From Candidatus Krumholzibacteriota bacterium (GTDB taxonomy: Bacteria; Krumholzibacteriota; Krumholzibacteriia; LZORAL124-64-63): 64,000 nucleotides of DNA. Of the stretch, positions 7,905-17,457 are shown piece after piece. The stretch is taken from contig JBDLKA010000002.1 of NCBI GenBank assembly GCA_039714075.1, forward strand, positions 29,807-93,806. Direction: 5' to 3'. The notes beneath the pieces were generated by a model, which worked only from the letters and a program-made list of their open reading frames with translations, ran no database searches and was not told the DNA's origin. Numbering within the stretch: position 1 is the stretch's first letter; each line of letters opens with the position of its first letter. Both the position numbers and the translations under genes were made by a program.

Positions 7905-8569
7905 TTCTGCGCCCTACAGCAACAATCCGCTTCCTGCCCGCCCAATGCGGTTGGGTGGTCCCGGTTTTGTTCCTGTTGGCGACCGTCTGTGCCGCCGGAG
8001 CGCAGGAAGTGGAGCTTCCGGCAGTGGATCTTCCCGATACCACGGCTATCGAGGATCTGCAGTCCGAGATGCCCCAACCCTCCGCCGGCGCGCTGGATGT
8101 CGAAGAAGTCGATCTGTGGTCCACCGGCGTCAGCCCCACCGGCGCGGTGCTGGCCACACCGCTTTTCCCGGGTTGGGGCCAGCTCTATTCAGACAACTCC
8201 TGGAAAGCGGCTTTGGCCTACGGCGCCGAGATGTACTTCTGGACCAACATCCTGAGCCGGGACCGCCAGGCCGTGCGGGCCCGGGACCTGGCCAACACCT
8301 TTCCCGTGGATGATCCCAATTACACCCGCTACAACGCCATCGCCGAAGAGAGCTGGGAACAGATGCGCGACTTCGCCTGGTGGTCCGGCGGAGTCCTGTT
8401 GATCATCGCGCTGGATGCCTACGTGGGCGCCCATCTGTTCAATTTCGATCGTGACCCCGTGCCGGTCCCCAACCGCTGGGAGGACACCTTCGGTCCGGTG
8501 GGCGAAAGCGTGGGAATCAGCGATCCCGGACCGACGCTGGTGGTTTTCCAGTGGCGAAAGAAGTTCTGA
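7901..8569 (+). CDS. Secreted/membrane hypothetical protein (PGWGQ-motif family; possibly DUF5683-like)
   Basis: Signal peptide, PLFPGWGQLYSDNSWKAALAYG region, ATGA overlap with the upstream kinase gene. Confidence 0.55.
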   Translation: MILRPTATIRFLPAQCGWVVPVLFLLATVCAAGAQEVELPAVDLPDTTAIEDLQSEMPQPSAGALDVEEVDLWSTGVSPTGAVLATPLFPGWGQLYSDNSWKAALAYGAEMYFWTNILSRDRQAVRARDLANTFPVDDPNYTRYNAIAEESWEQMRDFAWWSGGVLLIIALDAYVGAHLFNFDRDPVPVPNRWEDTFGPVGESVGISDPGPTLVVFQWRKKF

Positions 8570-8642
8570 GCCCTATCTTTGAGGGCTGTTCTCAGAATTG
8601 GCACGAATCCCTGTCCCATGACCGGAGCGGATACGAAGCAGC

Positions 8643-10448
8643 ATGGCCTTCAATCGGGAAAAAACACGCAATTTCTGCATCATAGCCCATATCGACCACG
8701 GGAAGAGCACCCTGGCCGATCGCCTGCTCGAGCACACCGGAACGCTCGTCGGCAAGGCCATGCAGGAACAGGTCCTCGATTCCATGGACCTGGAGCGTGA
8801 GCGCGGGATCACCATCAAGAGCCATCCCATCCGCATGGACTACAAGGACGACGCCGGCGAGGCCTGGACCCTCAACCTGATCGACACCCCGGGCCACGTG
8901 GATTTCCATTACGAGGTCAGCCGCAGCCTGGCCGCCTGCGAGGGCGCACTGCTGGTGGTGGACGCCGTGCAGGGCGTGCAGGCCCAGACCATCAACAACA
9001 TGTATCTGGCCCTCGAGCATGATCTGGCCATCCTGCCGGTCATCAACAAGATCGATCTGCCCGCCGCCCGCGTGGATTACGTCATGGAACAGTTCATCGA
9101 CCTGCTGGGTTGCGATCCCGATGAAATCCTCCAGGTCAGCGCCAAGACCGGCGAGGGTATCGATACCCTGCTGGGCGCGATCGTCGAGCAGGTGCCCGCG
9201 CCGACCGGGGATCCCGACGCCAAACCGCAGGCCCTGATCTTCGATTCCATCTTTGATCCCTACGTGGGCGCGGTGGCCTATGTCCGCATGTTCGCCGGCA
9301 CCATCGGCAAGGGCGAAAAGATCAGGCTGTTCGGCAACGACAAGCAGTTCGAAGTGGGGGACATCGGCTGGTTCCGGCTGGACAGGATTTCCCAGAAATC
9401 ACTGACCGCCGGCGAGGTCGGCTACATCGCCACCGGGGCCAAGGATGTTCGTGACGTGCGGGTGGGGGACACGATTTCCCTGGCCGAGAATTCCTGCGAC
9501 GAGGCGCTGCCCGGTTATACCGAAGCCAAACCGATGGTCTTTTCGGGCATGTACCCCACGGACAACGACCAGTACGACGAACTGTTCGACGCCCTGCAGA
9601 AACTCCAGATGAACGACGCTTCCCTGACCTGGGAAAAGGAGACTTCGGCCGCCCTGGGTTTCGGTTTCCGTTGCGGGTTTTTGGGCCTGCTGCACATGGA
9701 GATCATCCAGGAAAGGCTGGAACGCGAATACGGGTTGAACCTGATCGCGACTTTGCCCAACGTGGAATACGAGGTGCTGCTCAAGGACGGCACCGTCGAG
9801 CTGTGCGAAAACCCCGCCCTGCTGCCGGAAGCGAAGTTCATCGACGAGATCCGTGAACCCATCGTGCGCGCCTCGGTCATCACGCCCAAGGATTACGTCG
9901 GTCCCGTGATCCAGATCTCGCTGGAAAGGCGGGGCGTCCAGACCAAGATGGAATACCTGGACACCGAGCGGGTGAACATCGAATTCGATCTGCCCCTGAA
10001 CGAGCTGGTGGTGGACTACTACGACAAGCTCAAGTCGGTCACCCGCGGATACGCTTCCCTGGACTACGAGTACCTCAAGCACCGCAAGGACGATCTCATC
10101 CGCCTCGATATCCTGATCAACGGGGACGAGGTCGATGCCCTGACCTGCATCGTGCACCGGGACAACGCCTACAGCTGGGGCTTGAAGCTCTGCCAGAAAC
10201 TGAAGGAACTGATTCCCCGCCAGATGTTCGCCGTCGCCATCCAGGCCGCCGTGGGAACACGCGTTCTGGCGCGGACCTCGGTGAAGGCTTTCCGCAAGAA
10301 CGTGACCGCCAAGTGCTACGGCGGCGATATTTCACGAAAGCGCAAGTTGCTCGAGAAGCAGAAAGAGGGCAAGAAGCGCATGAAACAGGTAGGTTCGGTG
10401 GAGATTCCCCAGGAAGCCTTCCTGGCGGTGCTCAAGGTCGAGCGCTGA
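8643..10448 (+). CDS. lepA: Elongation factor 4
   Basis: NFCIIAHIDHGKSTLADRLL GTPase N-terminus; 601 aa, LepA length and C-terminal domain. Confidence 0.95.
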   Translation: MAFNREKTRNFCIIAHIDHGKSTLADRLLEHTGTLVGKAMQEQVLDSMDLERERGITIKSHPIRMDYKDDAGEAWTLNLIDTPGHVDFHYEVSRSLAACEGALLVVDAVQGVQAQTINNMYLALEHDLAILPVINKIDLPAARVDYVMEQFIDLLGCDPDEILQVSAKTGEGIDTLLGAIVEQVPAPTGDPDAKPQALIFDSIFDPYVGAVAYVRMFAGTIGKGEKIRLFGNDKQFEVGDIGWFRLDRISQKSLTAGEVGYIATGAKDVRDVRVGDTISLAENSCDEALPGYTEAKPMVFSGMYPTDNDQYDELFDALQKLQMNDASLTWEKETSAALGFGFRCGFLGLLHMEIIQERLEREYGLNLIATLPNVEYEVLLKDGTVELCENPALLPEAKFIDEIREPIVRASVITPKDYVGPVIQISLERRGVQTKMEYLDTERVNIEFDLPLNELVVDYYDKLKSVTRGYASLDYEYLKHRKDDLIRLDILINGDEVDALTCIVHRDNAYSWGLKLCQKLKELIPRQMFAVAIQAAVGTRVLARTSVKAFRKNVTAKCYGGDISRKRKLLEKQKEGKKRMKQVGSVEIPQEAFLAVLKVER

Positions 10449-10489
10449 CCCGGACCCGATATCCTGCAACCGATCAGCCGGGAGTGGAC

Positions 10490-11293
10490 ATGGTCAAGAA
10501 ATCGAAGAGACGCCCGCAGGACCAGGCCGTCGCCGCCCAGGGCACGGGTAAAGCCAAGGCGCCCCGGTCGCTGAAGAACACGGCCATCGAATACGCCAAG
10601 GCCATCGGCACCGCCCTTTTGATCGCCCTGGTTCTGCGCCAGTTCCTTTTCCAGGCCTTCCGCATCCCCACGGGGTCCATGCTGGATACGCTGCAGATCG
10701 GTGATTTCCTGTTCGTCAACAAGTTCCTGTACGGGGCGAAGACTCCCGAGCGGATCAGGATCGGCAAGGCCACCCTGATCGACGGCCTGCCCGTGTTGAA
10801 ACTGCCGGCCATCCGCGAACCGCGTCAGGGCGACATCATTGTTTTCGAATACCCCAACGACCGGAACCTCGACTACATCAAGCGGTGCGTGGCCGTGGCC
10901 GGGGACACCGTTCTGGTGAAAGACGGAATCCTGACGGTCAACGGCGAGATCTACGAATCGAACTTCGCCGACATCACGGGCGATCATTCCTGCGTGCCTT
11001 CGTGGACCGATCCCGAAAACTGCCCCGCTCCACGGGCCCGGCACGACCAGGCGGCCTACGTCCGCAACAAGCGCAACCACGCCTGGCCCTGGGCCGGAAT
11101 GCCGAAATCCTACGTCGTGCCCGAGGGTCATATCTTCATGATGGGGGACAACCGGTACAACAGCATGGACAGCCGGTACTGGGGCGCCCTGGACAAGAAG
11201 CTCATCAAGGGCAAGGCCATGTTCATCTATTGGTCCTGGAACGGGAACAAGCATCTGCCCCGTGTGAACAGGATCGGGGATTTGATCCGTTAG
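10490..11293 (+). CDS. lepB: Signal peptidase I
   Basis: Transmembrane segment then RIPTGSMLDTLQIGDFLFVNK (catalytic Ser box), GDNRYNSMDSRYWG box. GGGAGTGG Shine-Dalgarno before ATG 10490. The track ORF runs further upstream into lepA. Confidence 0.85.
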   Translation: MVKKSKRRPQDQAVAAQGTGKAKAPRSLKNTAIEYAKAIGTALLIALVLRQFLFQAFRIPTGSMLDTLQIGDFLFVNKFLYGAKTPERIRIGKATLIDGLPVLKLPAIREPRQGDIIVFEYPNDRNLDYIKRCVAVAGDTVLVKDGILTVNGEIYESNFADITGDHSCVPSWTDPENCPAPRARHDQAAYVRNKRNHAWPWAGMPKSYVVPEGHIFMMGDNRYNSMDSRYWGALDKKLIKGKAMFIYWSWNGNKHLPRVNRIGDLIR

Positions 11294-11360
11294 TTCGATC
11301 CTTTCAGGTACCACGCGTCCACGAACGACGCGTTCAGGAACAACGTGCAGCGGAGCCGCC

Positions 11361-12482
11361 ATGGGACTCTACATTCACGTGCCATTCTGCGGATCGATCT
11401 GTTCCTATTGCCATTTTGCCAGGACCGCCGACCACGGTCCCCGCAGACGCGCTCGTTACGTGGACACGGTGCTCGAGGAATTCGAGCTGCGCCGGCGGAA
11501 GTGCCAAACCCTGTCCGCGGGCCGGCGCCTTCTTCACTCCTGCTATCTGGGCGGGGGCACCCCTTCGGAACTGGAGCCGATGCTCACGGCCCGCCTGCTC
11601 GAGGGCACGGTGGGCAAGCTGCCTCTCGCCGCGGATTTCGAATTGACCGCCGAGGCGAATCCGGAATCCCTGACCGAAGACCTGGCCGCCTCTTGGCGGG
11701 ATCTGGGCATTGCGCGGGTCAGCCTGGGGGTTCAGAGTCTGGACGCCGGGGTGCTGGAACTTCTTGGCCGGGCCTGCGACCCGGCCACCGCCCGCGCGGG
11801 ACTGGAAAGGGCCTGCCGGATCTTTCCCCGCGTCTCGGCCGATTGGATCATCGGTCCGGGACTGGACGCAGGGACTCTTCTGGCGGAATTGACCGAGGCC
11901 GCGGATCTGGGCGTGGAACATTTTTCCGTCTACATCCTGGAGCTTCATTCCGGCACCCGGTTGGCGACGCTGGCGGAACAAGGGGTCTGGAGTCCGGCGC
12001 CCGACCGGGAAACCGAACGGTTGTACCTGGCGGTGATCGAGCATCTGGCCGACCTGGGCCTGCCTCAGTACGAGGTGGCCAACTTCGCCCGGCCAGGGGC
12101 CGAGTCGCGGCACAACCGGAACTATTGGCTGGGAAAGCCCTGGTTGGGACTGGGTCCGGCCGCTCACGGGTTCTGGGGTCGCCGGCGCTACGCGAATTTC
12201 GACAACCTTGATGACTGGCAAGCGGCGGTGGCTGACGGCCGCCTGCCCGAGGCCGAAGTGGATCCCCTGGACAGGTCGGCCCGGCGCCTGGAACGGTTGA
12301 TCCTCGCCCTGCGCACCACGCGGGGCGTCCCTTTGGACTGGCTGCCCCGATGTGGCTGGGACACCGAACAGGGACTGCGGGAAGGTTTGTGGGAGGTCCG
12401 GGATGGGCGGTTGGTCCTGACGGGCCGGGGGTTCCTGAGGATAGATACCATCGAGGAACGCCTGGCCGGGTTGACACCCTGA
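11361..12482 (+). CDS. hemW: Radical-SAM HemN-like protein (heme chaperone HemW family)
   Basis: MGLYIHVPFCGSICSYCHFA CxxxCxxC radical-SAM motif; ~373 aa, HemW length. Confidence 0.85.
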   Translation: MGLYIHVPFCGSICSYCHFARTADHGPRRRARYVDTVLEEFELRRRKCQTLSAGRRLLHSCYLGGGTPSELEPMLTARLLEGTVGKLPLAADFELTAEANPESLTEDLAASWRDLGIARVSLGVQSLDAGVLELLGRACDPATARAGLERACRIFPRVSADWIIGPGLDAGTLLAELTEAADLGVEHFSVYILELHSGTRLATLAEQGVWSPAPDRETERLYLAVIEHLADLGLPQYEVANFARPGAESRHNRNYWLGKPWLGLGPAAHGFWGRRRYANFDNLDDWQAAVADGRLPEAEVDPLDRSARRLERLILALRTTRGVPLDWLPRCGWDTEQGLREGLWEVRDGRLVLTGRGFLRIDTIEERLAGLTP

Positions 12483-12556
12483 AATCCCATTGATTACCTT
12501 GGACGCGGTGACGGGCCGCGGATGACGGCCTTACGAACATTTTTCAGGTGAGAGGC

Positions 12557-13627
12557 ATGAACCGAAACGAACGTGGAACCGGACCGGACCCCCGGTCACT
12601 GGACATCCTCGACGCCATCGTACGTCTGAATATCGAAACCGGCCGGGCCGTCAGTTCCGGCCTGGTGGAGCGGTATATGCAGCGGCGGGTGTCGTCGGCC
12701 ACGATCCGTTCGGTCATGAAATCCCTGGAGACCGCCGGTTTTCTCGAGCAACCCCATACTTCTGCCGGACGCCTGCCCACGGACGCGGGTTTCCGGTCGT
12801 TCGTGGACCGTTTGCTTGCGGCCTGGCCCCTGCAGCGGCACGAAACACCGCCCAGCCTGCGCCGCCTGGCGGACCAGGGCCTCTCGCAGGGCATCCAAAC
12901 CGGGGACCGTTTCAAGGCGCTGGCCCGCTTGCTGAGCCGGTTGACGGACAACGTCAGTATCATCGTGGGTCCGGCCCTGGAACCGGTGCGCGTGGTCCGG
13001 GTGGAATTTTATCCCCGTTCGGCGCGCCGGGTCTTGATGGTGGTGGTCCTGGAAAATTCGGAAGTCAGGACCGGGTTGGTGGATTTGCCCGAGGATACCG
13101 CCGAACCGGTGCTGGAAGAAGCCGCGCGGCTGCTGTCCGCAAGGGTCCGGGGCCGCTCGGTGGGCGATATCCGCAAGGACGCTCTCGGGACCGTGGACCT
13201 GGTGGGAACCCCCGCTTCCCGGTGCGCCGCCGCACTTGCCCGGCGGGGTCGGGAGCTGTTCCGGGAATCGAAGGACGTGAAAATCGAATTCGAAGGGGTG
13301 GGACATATCCTGGAGGAACCGGAATTCCATGACCCCGAACCCCTGAAAGCGCTGATCCGGTTCATGGAATCGCCCCTGCAGATCAGGGAATCCCTGGACC
13401 GCCTGGATTGTGTCGCCACGGACGAGTTCAGGGTCTGGATCGGGAGGGAAAATCCCGTGGGCGAACTGCGGCGCTTTTCCCTGTTGACCGGTCGGTATGA
13501 CCTGGACGGCAGGCCGGGTCTGCTGGCGGTGCTCGGGCCGCGCAGGATGTCCTACCAGCGGGCCTTCCACGGCATGGAAATCCTGCGCCGGGTCATTGGG
13601 GAATCCCAGGGATCACTTGCAAGTTGA
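12557..13627 (+). CDS. hrcA: Heat-inducible transcription repressor HrcA
   Basis: N-terminal winged-helix sequence plus a GAF-like central region typical of HrcA. lepA-hemW-hrcA-grpE synteny as in Bacillus. Confidence 0.8.
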   Translation: MNRNERGTGPDPRSLDILDAIVRLNIETGRAVSSGLVERYMQRRVSSATIRSVMKSLETAGFLEQPHTSAGRLPTDAGFRSFVDRLLAAWPLQRHETPPSLRRLADQGLSQGIQTGDRFKALARLLSRLTDNVSIIVGPALEPVRVVRVEFYPRSARRVLMVVVLENSEVRTGLVDLPEDTAEPVLEEAARLLSARVRGRSVGDIRKDALGTVDLVGTPASRCAAALARRGRELFRESKDVKIEFEGVGHILEEPEFHDPEPLKALIRFMESPLQIRESLDRLDCVATDEFRVWIGRENPVGELRRFSLLTGRYDLDGRPGLLAVLGPRRMSYQRAFHGMEILRRVIGESQGSLAS

Positions 13628-13726
13628 AGCCAACAAGTTGAAGCAGACCTTTCCGGGGCCGACGGTTTGGAGGGTGCCATCCCCAAACCCGGTAGCCGGT
13701 GTTTTCGAGCTAGAAAGAAGAATGAA

Positions 13727-14338
13727 ATGACCGAACCCCGAGACAAGGAAACGGATTCCCGCCCGGACGATGAGGCCGCGGAGGAAACCGCAGCGCCGGA
13801 GCAGGCCGCCGAAGAGCAGGTGGGAGAACCCCGGATCGACGACGACCAGGTTGAAGCGGAATCCGCCGAACCCGTCGAACTGTCGGCCGAGGAGATCCTG
13901 CGCAACGAACGCGACTCCTTTGAGCAAAAGTGGCTGCGCGTGGTGGCTGAACTGGACAACGTCCGCAAGAGGTCGCGCCGCGAAATCCTGGAGACCAGAC
14001 GGTTCTCCCAGGCGGAAATCCTGCGCTCCCTGCTGGAGGTCCAGGACAATTTTGAAAGGGCCTTGCAATCGGCCGGTGATAGCTCCGATACTGGCGAAGC
14101 CGAGGCGTTCCGCGAGGGCGTGGAGCTCATTTTCCAGAAATTCCGGGCCATCCTGAAAGACAAGGGTGTCCAGCCCATGGAAGCGCTGGGTGTCGAATTC
14201 GATCCCACCTTTCACGAAGCGGTGGGGCAGCTCCCCCGCGAGGATACCGAATCCGGCCAGGTCATCGAGGTCATCCAGCAGGGATTCCATTTCGGCGACA
14301 TGGTGCTGAGACCGGCCAAGGTCATCATTTCCAGTTAA
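13727..14338 (+). CDS. grpE: Nucleotide exchange factor GrpE
   Basis: VAELDNVRKRSRRE coiled-coil and C-terminal beta-domain motifs; acidic N-terminus. Confidence 0.85.
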   Translation: MTEPRDKETDSRPDDEAAEETAAPEQAAEEQVGEPRIDDDQVEAESAEPVELSAEEILRNERDSFEQKWLRVVAELDNVRKRSRREILETRRFSQAEILRSLLEVQDNFERALQSAGDSSDTGEAEAFREGVELIFQKFRAILKDKGVQPMEALGVEFDPTFHEAVGQLPREDTESGQVIEVIQQGFHFGDMVLRPAKVIISS

Positions 14339-14347
14339 GAGGAACGA

Positions 14348-15493
14348 ATGAGCAACAAGCGGGATTATTACGATGTGCTGGGCGTGGGACGCGACGCCGA
14401 CAACGGGGAGATCAAGAAGGCCTACCGCCAGAAGGCCATCAAGTTCCATCCCGACAAGAATCCCGATGACGAATCCGCCGCGGAAAAATTCCGGGAAGCC
14501 ACCGAGGCCTACGAGGTTCTCCGGGATTCCCAGAAAAGGTCCCAGTACGACCAGTTCGGACACATGGACCAGAACGCCGGTTTCGGTGGCGCGGGCGGTT
14601 TTGGCGGGGCCGACGGTTTCAACGTCGATCTGAACGACGCCCTGGAAAGCTTCCTGCGGAATTTCGGCATGGGGGGCATGGGTGGAGGGTTCTCCGATGT
14701 GTTCGGCGGCGGCGGTGGCGGTGGCCGGCAGCGGGGGCGCAGTCTCCAACTCGAACTTTCGGTGACCCTGCTCGAGGCCGCGCAGGGCGCCAAGAAAACG
14801 GTCAAGCTCAACAAGCAGGTCGCCTGTTCCGAATGTGAAGGGACGGGCGCGGCGGCGGGCAGCAAGCCGGTGACCTGTTCCCAGTGCCGGGGCCAGGGCC
14901 GCGTGCGTCAGGTGCGCCAGTCCCTGTTGGGCCAGATGATGACCGAAGGCGTGTGCCCCCAGTGCCAGGGCCAGGGCTCGGTGGTGGAGACGCCCTGCGG
15001 GGAGTGCCGCGGCACCGGCACGGTCCGGGGCGAGGAAACCCTCAGCCTCAAGGTTCCCGCGGGGGTAAGTTCCGGCAACTACATGGAGCTCAAGGGCAAG
15101 GGCGATGCCGGCCCCGCCGGAGCCCCGGCCGGTGACCTGCGGGTGATTTTCGAGGTCCAGGAAAACGAGCTTTTCCAGCGTCACGGAGACGATCTGCTGA
15201 TCGACGTGCCCCTTTCGCCGGTGGATCTCATGCTCGGCACCAAGGTGGAGGTCCCCACGCTGGAGGGTAAGGTTTCCCTGAAGGTTCCCGCCGGAACGCA
15301 GAGTCACAAGATTTTCCGCATGAGGAACAAGGGCATTCCCCATGTCAATCGTCCCGGCTCGGGTGATCAGCTGGTGCGGGTGCTGGCCTGGACCCCGGAG
15401 AAACTCGATCGCGATATGAAAAAGAAGCTGGAGGCGGTCCGCGATGATCTCGCCGGCCGGATTCCCGCCCCGGGACGGCACCTCTACGAATAA
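14348..15493 (+). CDS. dnaJ: Chaperone DnaJ (type I: J-domain, G/F region, four CxxCxGxG zinc fingers)
   Basis: YYDVLGV...HPDKN J-domain, Gly/Phe-rich linker, CSECEGTG / CSQCRGQG / CPQCQGQG / CGECRGTG repeats. Confidence 0.95.
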   Translation: MSNKRDYYDVLGVGRDADNGEIKKAYRQKAIKFHPDKNPDDESAAEKFREATEAYEVLRDSQKRSQYDQFGHMDQNAGFGGAGGFGGADGFNVDLNDALESFLRNFGMGGMGGGFSDVFGGGGGGGRQRGRSLQLELSVTLLEAAQGAKKTVKLNKQVACSECEGTGAAAGSKPVTCSQCRGQGRVRQVRQSLLGQMMTEGVCPQCQGQGSVVETPCGECRGTGTVRGEETLSLKVPAGVSSGNYMELKGKGDAGPAGAPAGDLRVIFEVQENELFQRHGDDLLIDVPLSPVDLMLGTKVEVPTLEGKVSLKVPAGTQSHKIFRMRNKGIPHVNRPGSGDQLVRVLAWTPEKLDRDMKKKLEAVRDDLAGRIPAPGRHLYE

Positions 15494-15522
15494 CCCTGCC
15501 GCCCCTGCCGATGGGAGGCCCC

Positions 15523-16296
15523 TTGCGCCAGTTCTTCTTGGCAACCGACCCGGACCAGCTTCCCCGACCCGGGGACCAGGTTACCCTCGGCCGTGATGAA
15601 AGCCATCACCTGTCCACTGTTTTGCGCGGGGGGCGGGACCTGGTCATCGAACTGGTGGACGGCCGCGGCCACCGGATGACCGGCCGGCCGTGCGGCCGTG
15701 ACGGGAAAACGGCCCGGATTGAAATCCTTACCCTGACCAGGGACATCGAGGAGTTCCGTGAGCCGCGACTGGTGGTGGCCTGCGCGGTGGTCAAGGGGAA
15801 ACGGTTCGAATGGGCCCTGGAAAAGGCCGTGGAACTCGGCGCCCACGAGTTCCTCCCTCTGGAGACGGACCTCGGGGTGATCGACCCGCGACCCGGCAAA
15901 CAGGATCGCTGGCGCTCCATCATGACGGCCGCGCTCAAACAGAGCGGGAGGTCGTATCTTCCATTTCTCTCCGAACCCCTGCCCGTCAAGGATGTCCTGG
16001 CCCGCTGCTCCGCCGGACCGGTTTATTTCGGCGCGGCTCCCGCTGACGGGGAAGCACTCCGGAGTGGGGCTCCCTTCTGGACCGATATCCTGGACGAGGG
16101 CAAGGAGAAGTCGCCTTCGCAGCTGACGGTTCTCATCGGTCCGGAGGGCGGTTGGTCCCCCGCCGAACTTTCTTTGCTGTCCCGGGATGGAACGCAGGCC
16201 ATCAGCATGGGACCGCACGTCCTGCGCACCGAAACGGCCGTCCTGACGGGGCTGGCCATTCTGCAGGCTCTGCGGGACAGGTGGGGTTCGGACTGA
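15523..16296 (+). CDS. rsmE: 16S rRNA (uracil1498-N3)-methyltransferase RsmE
   Basis: Begins MRQFFL (RsmE proteins typically start MxRFF). LIGPEGGWSPAE SPOUT motif. GGGAGG Shine-Dalgarno 4 nt before TTG 15523. Confidence 0.8.
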   Translation: MRQFFLATDPDQLPRPGDQVTLGRDESHHLSTVLRGGRDLVIELVDGRGHRMTGRPCGRDGKTARIEILTLTRDIEEFREPRLVVACAVVKGKRFEWALEKAVELGAHEFLPLETDLGVIDPRPGKQDRWRSIMTAALKQSGRSYLPFLSEPLPVKDVLARCSAGPVYFGAAPADGEALRSGAPFWTDILDEGKEKSPSQLTVLIGPEGGWSPAELSLLSRDGTQAISMGPHVLRTETAVLTGLAILQALRDRWGSD

Positions 16297-16412
16297 TTCG
16301 CCCGTGCGGGGAGACAGGCGTGGCCTGGTCTTGACAGGCGGCCTGACGCGAGCTTTCATGATCAAGTCGGGGCTGTGAGCACAGGGAATAATCAACCAGG
16401 AAGGTGAAACGC

Positions 16413-16868
16413 ATGGCCAAGAGTGAAGTCGCAGCCAGGCTGCAGCAGGAAGTCGTGGCGGCCATGAAGGCCAAGGACAAGGCCCGGCTCGGTGTGTTGC
16501 GCATGCTGCAGGCGGCGGTCAAGCAGGTGGAAGTGGACCAGCGGAAGGAACTCGAGGACGATGATGTCCTGAAAATCCTCACTTCCTATGGCCGCAAGGT
16601 CAAGGACCAGATCTCCAGTTACGGCGATGCCGGGCGCGATGAACTGAAGGCGGCCGCGGAGGTGGAGCTGACCATCGTGTCAGAATTCCTGCCCGCCGAA
16701 ATGACGGACGAGGAACTTGCCGCGGTCATCGCCGCGGCGGTGGCCGAGACCGGAGCGTCCGGTCCCCAGGACATGGGCAAGGTCATGAAAGCCGTTCTGG
16801 CCCGGACCACCGGGCGCGCCGACGGCGGCCGCGTGAGCGCCCTGGTCAAGAAAAGCCTGGTCGGTTGA
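16413..16868 (+). CDS. GatB/YqeY domain protein
   Basis: YqeY-like sequence along the full ~150 aa. AGGAAGGTG Shine-Dalgarno before ATG 16413. Confidence 0.8.
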   Translation: MAKSEVAARLQQEVVAAMKAKDKARLGVLRMLQAAVKQVEVDQRKELEDDDVLKILTSYGRKVKDQISSYGDAGRDELKAAAEVELTIVSEFLPAEMTDEELAAVIAAAVAETGASGPQDMGKVMKAVLARTTGRADGGRVSALVKKSLVG

Positions 16869-16869
16869 C

Positions 16870-17457
16870 ATGAATTTTCCCCTTTTAATGGCTTTGGCCG
16901 CCATCATCGCCTTCGGGATCCTGGGTTTCCGGGACGGCGTGGTCAAGCGCATCCTCGAAATCACCGGGGTGCTGGTGAGCCTCATCCTGACCGCCCGTTT
17001 CGCTTCGGCGGTCCAGCCCTGGATCATGGACAAGACCGGCATGAACGAAGGGGCCTCATTGCTGGTGACGTGGGCGGTCCTTTTCTTCGTGGGCCTGGTT
17101 CTGAGCCGGATACTCGCCACCTTCATCAGCAAGGCCCTGCGGTTGACCGTCCTGGGTTGGCTGGACAAGTGGGGGGGCGCCCTGGTCGGCCTCGCCTTCG
17201 GCACGCTCGTGACCAGCGTCATCCTGGTGGCGGCCACCCAGGTTCCGGGCGGACGGCCCATCCAGACGGCCTACGACAAATCCCCCCTGGGCCAGTTCAT
17301 CTACTATGCCGCCCCGGTGGTCTACGAACAGGCGCGCAAGCTTTCGGGGGGGCAGGTCGAAGAAATCTGGGACCGGGCCCTGGACAAGGCCAAGGAGTCC
17401 GGGGGTAAGGTCAAGGAGGAAGTCGGCGAGGCCGTCGACGAGGCCGTAAACGAATGA
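16870..17457 (+). CDS. cvpA: CvpA family membrane protein
   Basis: Multi-pass membrane N-terminus (MNFPLLMALAAIIAFGILGFRDG) typical of CvpA. Confidence 0.75.
   Translation: MNFPLLMALAAIIAFGILGFRDGVVKRILEITGVLVSLILTARFASAVQPWIMDKTGMNEGASLLVTWAVLFFVGLVLSRILATFISKALRLTVLGWLDKWGGALVGLAFGTLVTSVILVAATQVPGGRPIQTAYDKSPLGQFIYYAAPVVYEQARKLSGGQVEEIWDRALDKAKESGGKVKEEVGEAVDEAVNE

Noticed and set aside
12483-12556. CIRCE operator upstream of hrcA
   Set aside because: No TTAGCACTC-N9-GAGTGCTAA-like inverted repeat is visible upstream of hrcA, hemW or lepA.
13613-15544. 643-aa minus-strand ORF antisense to grpE/dnaJ
   Set aside because: Antisense to two universally conserved chaperone genes; a GC artefact.
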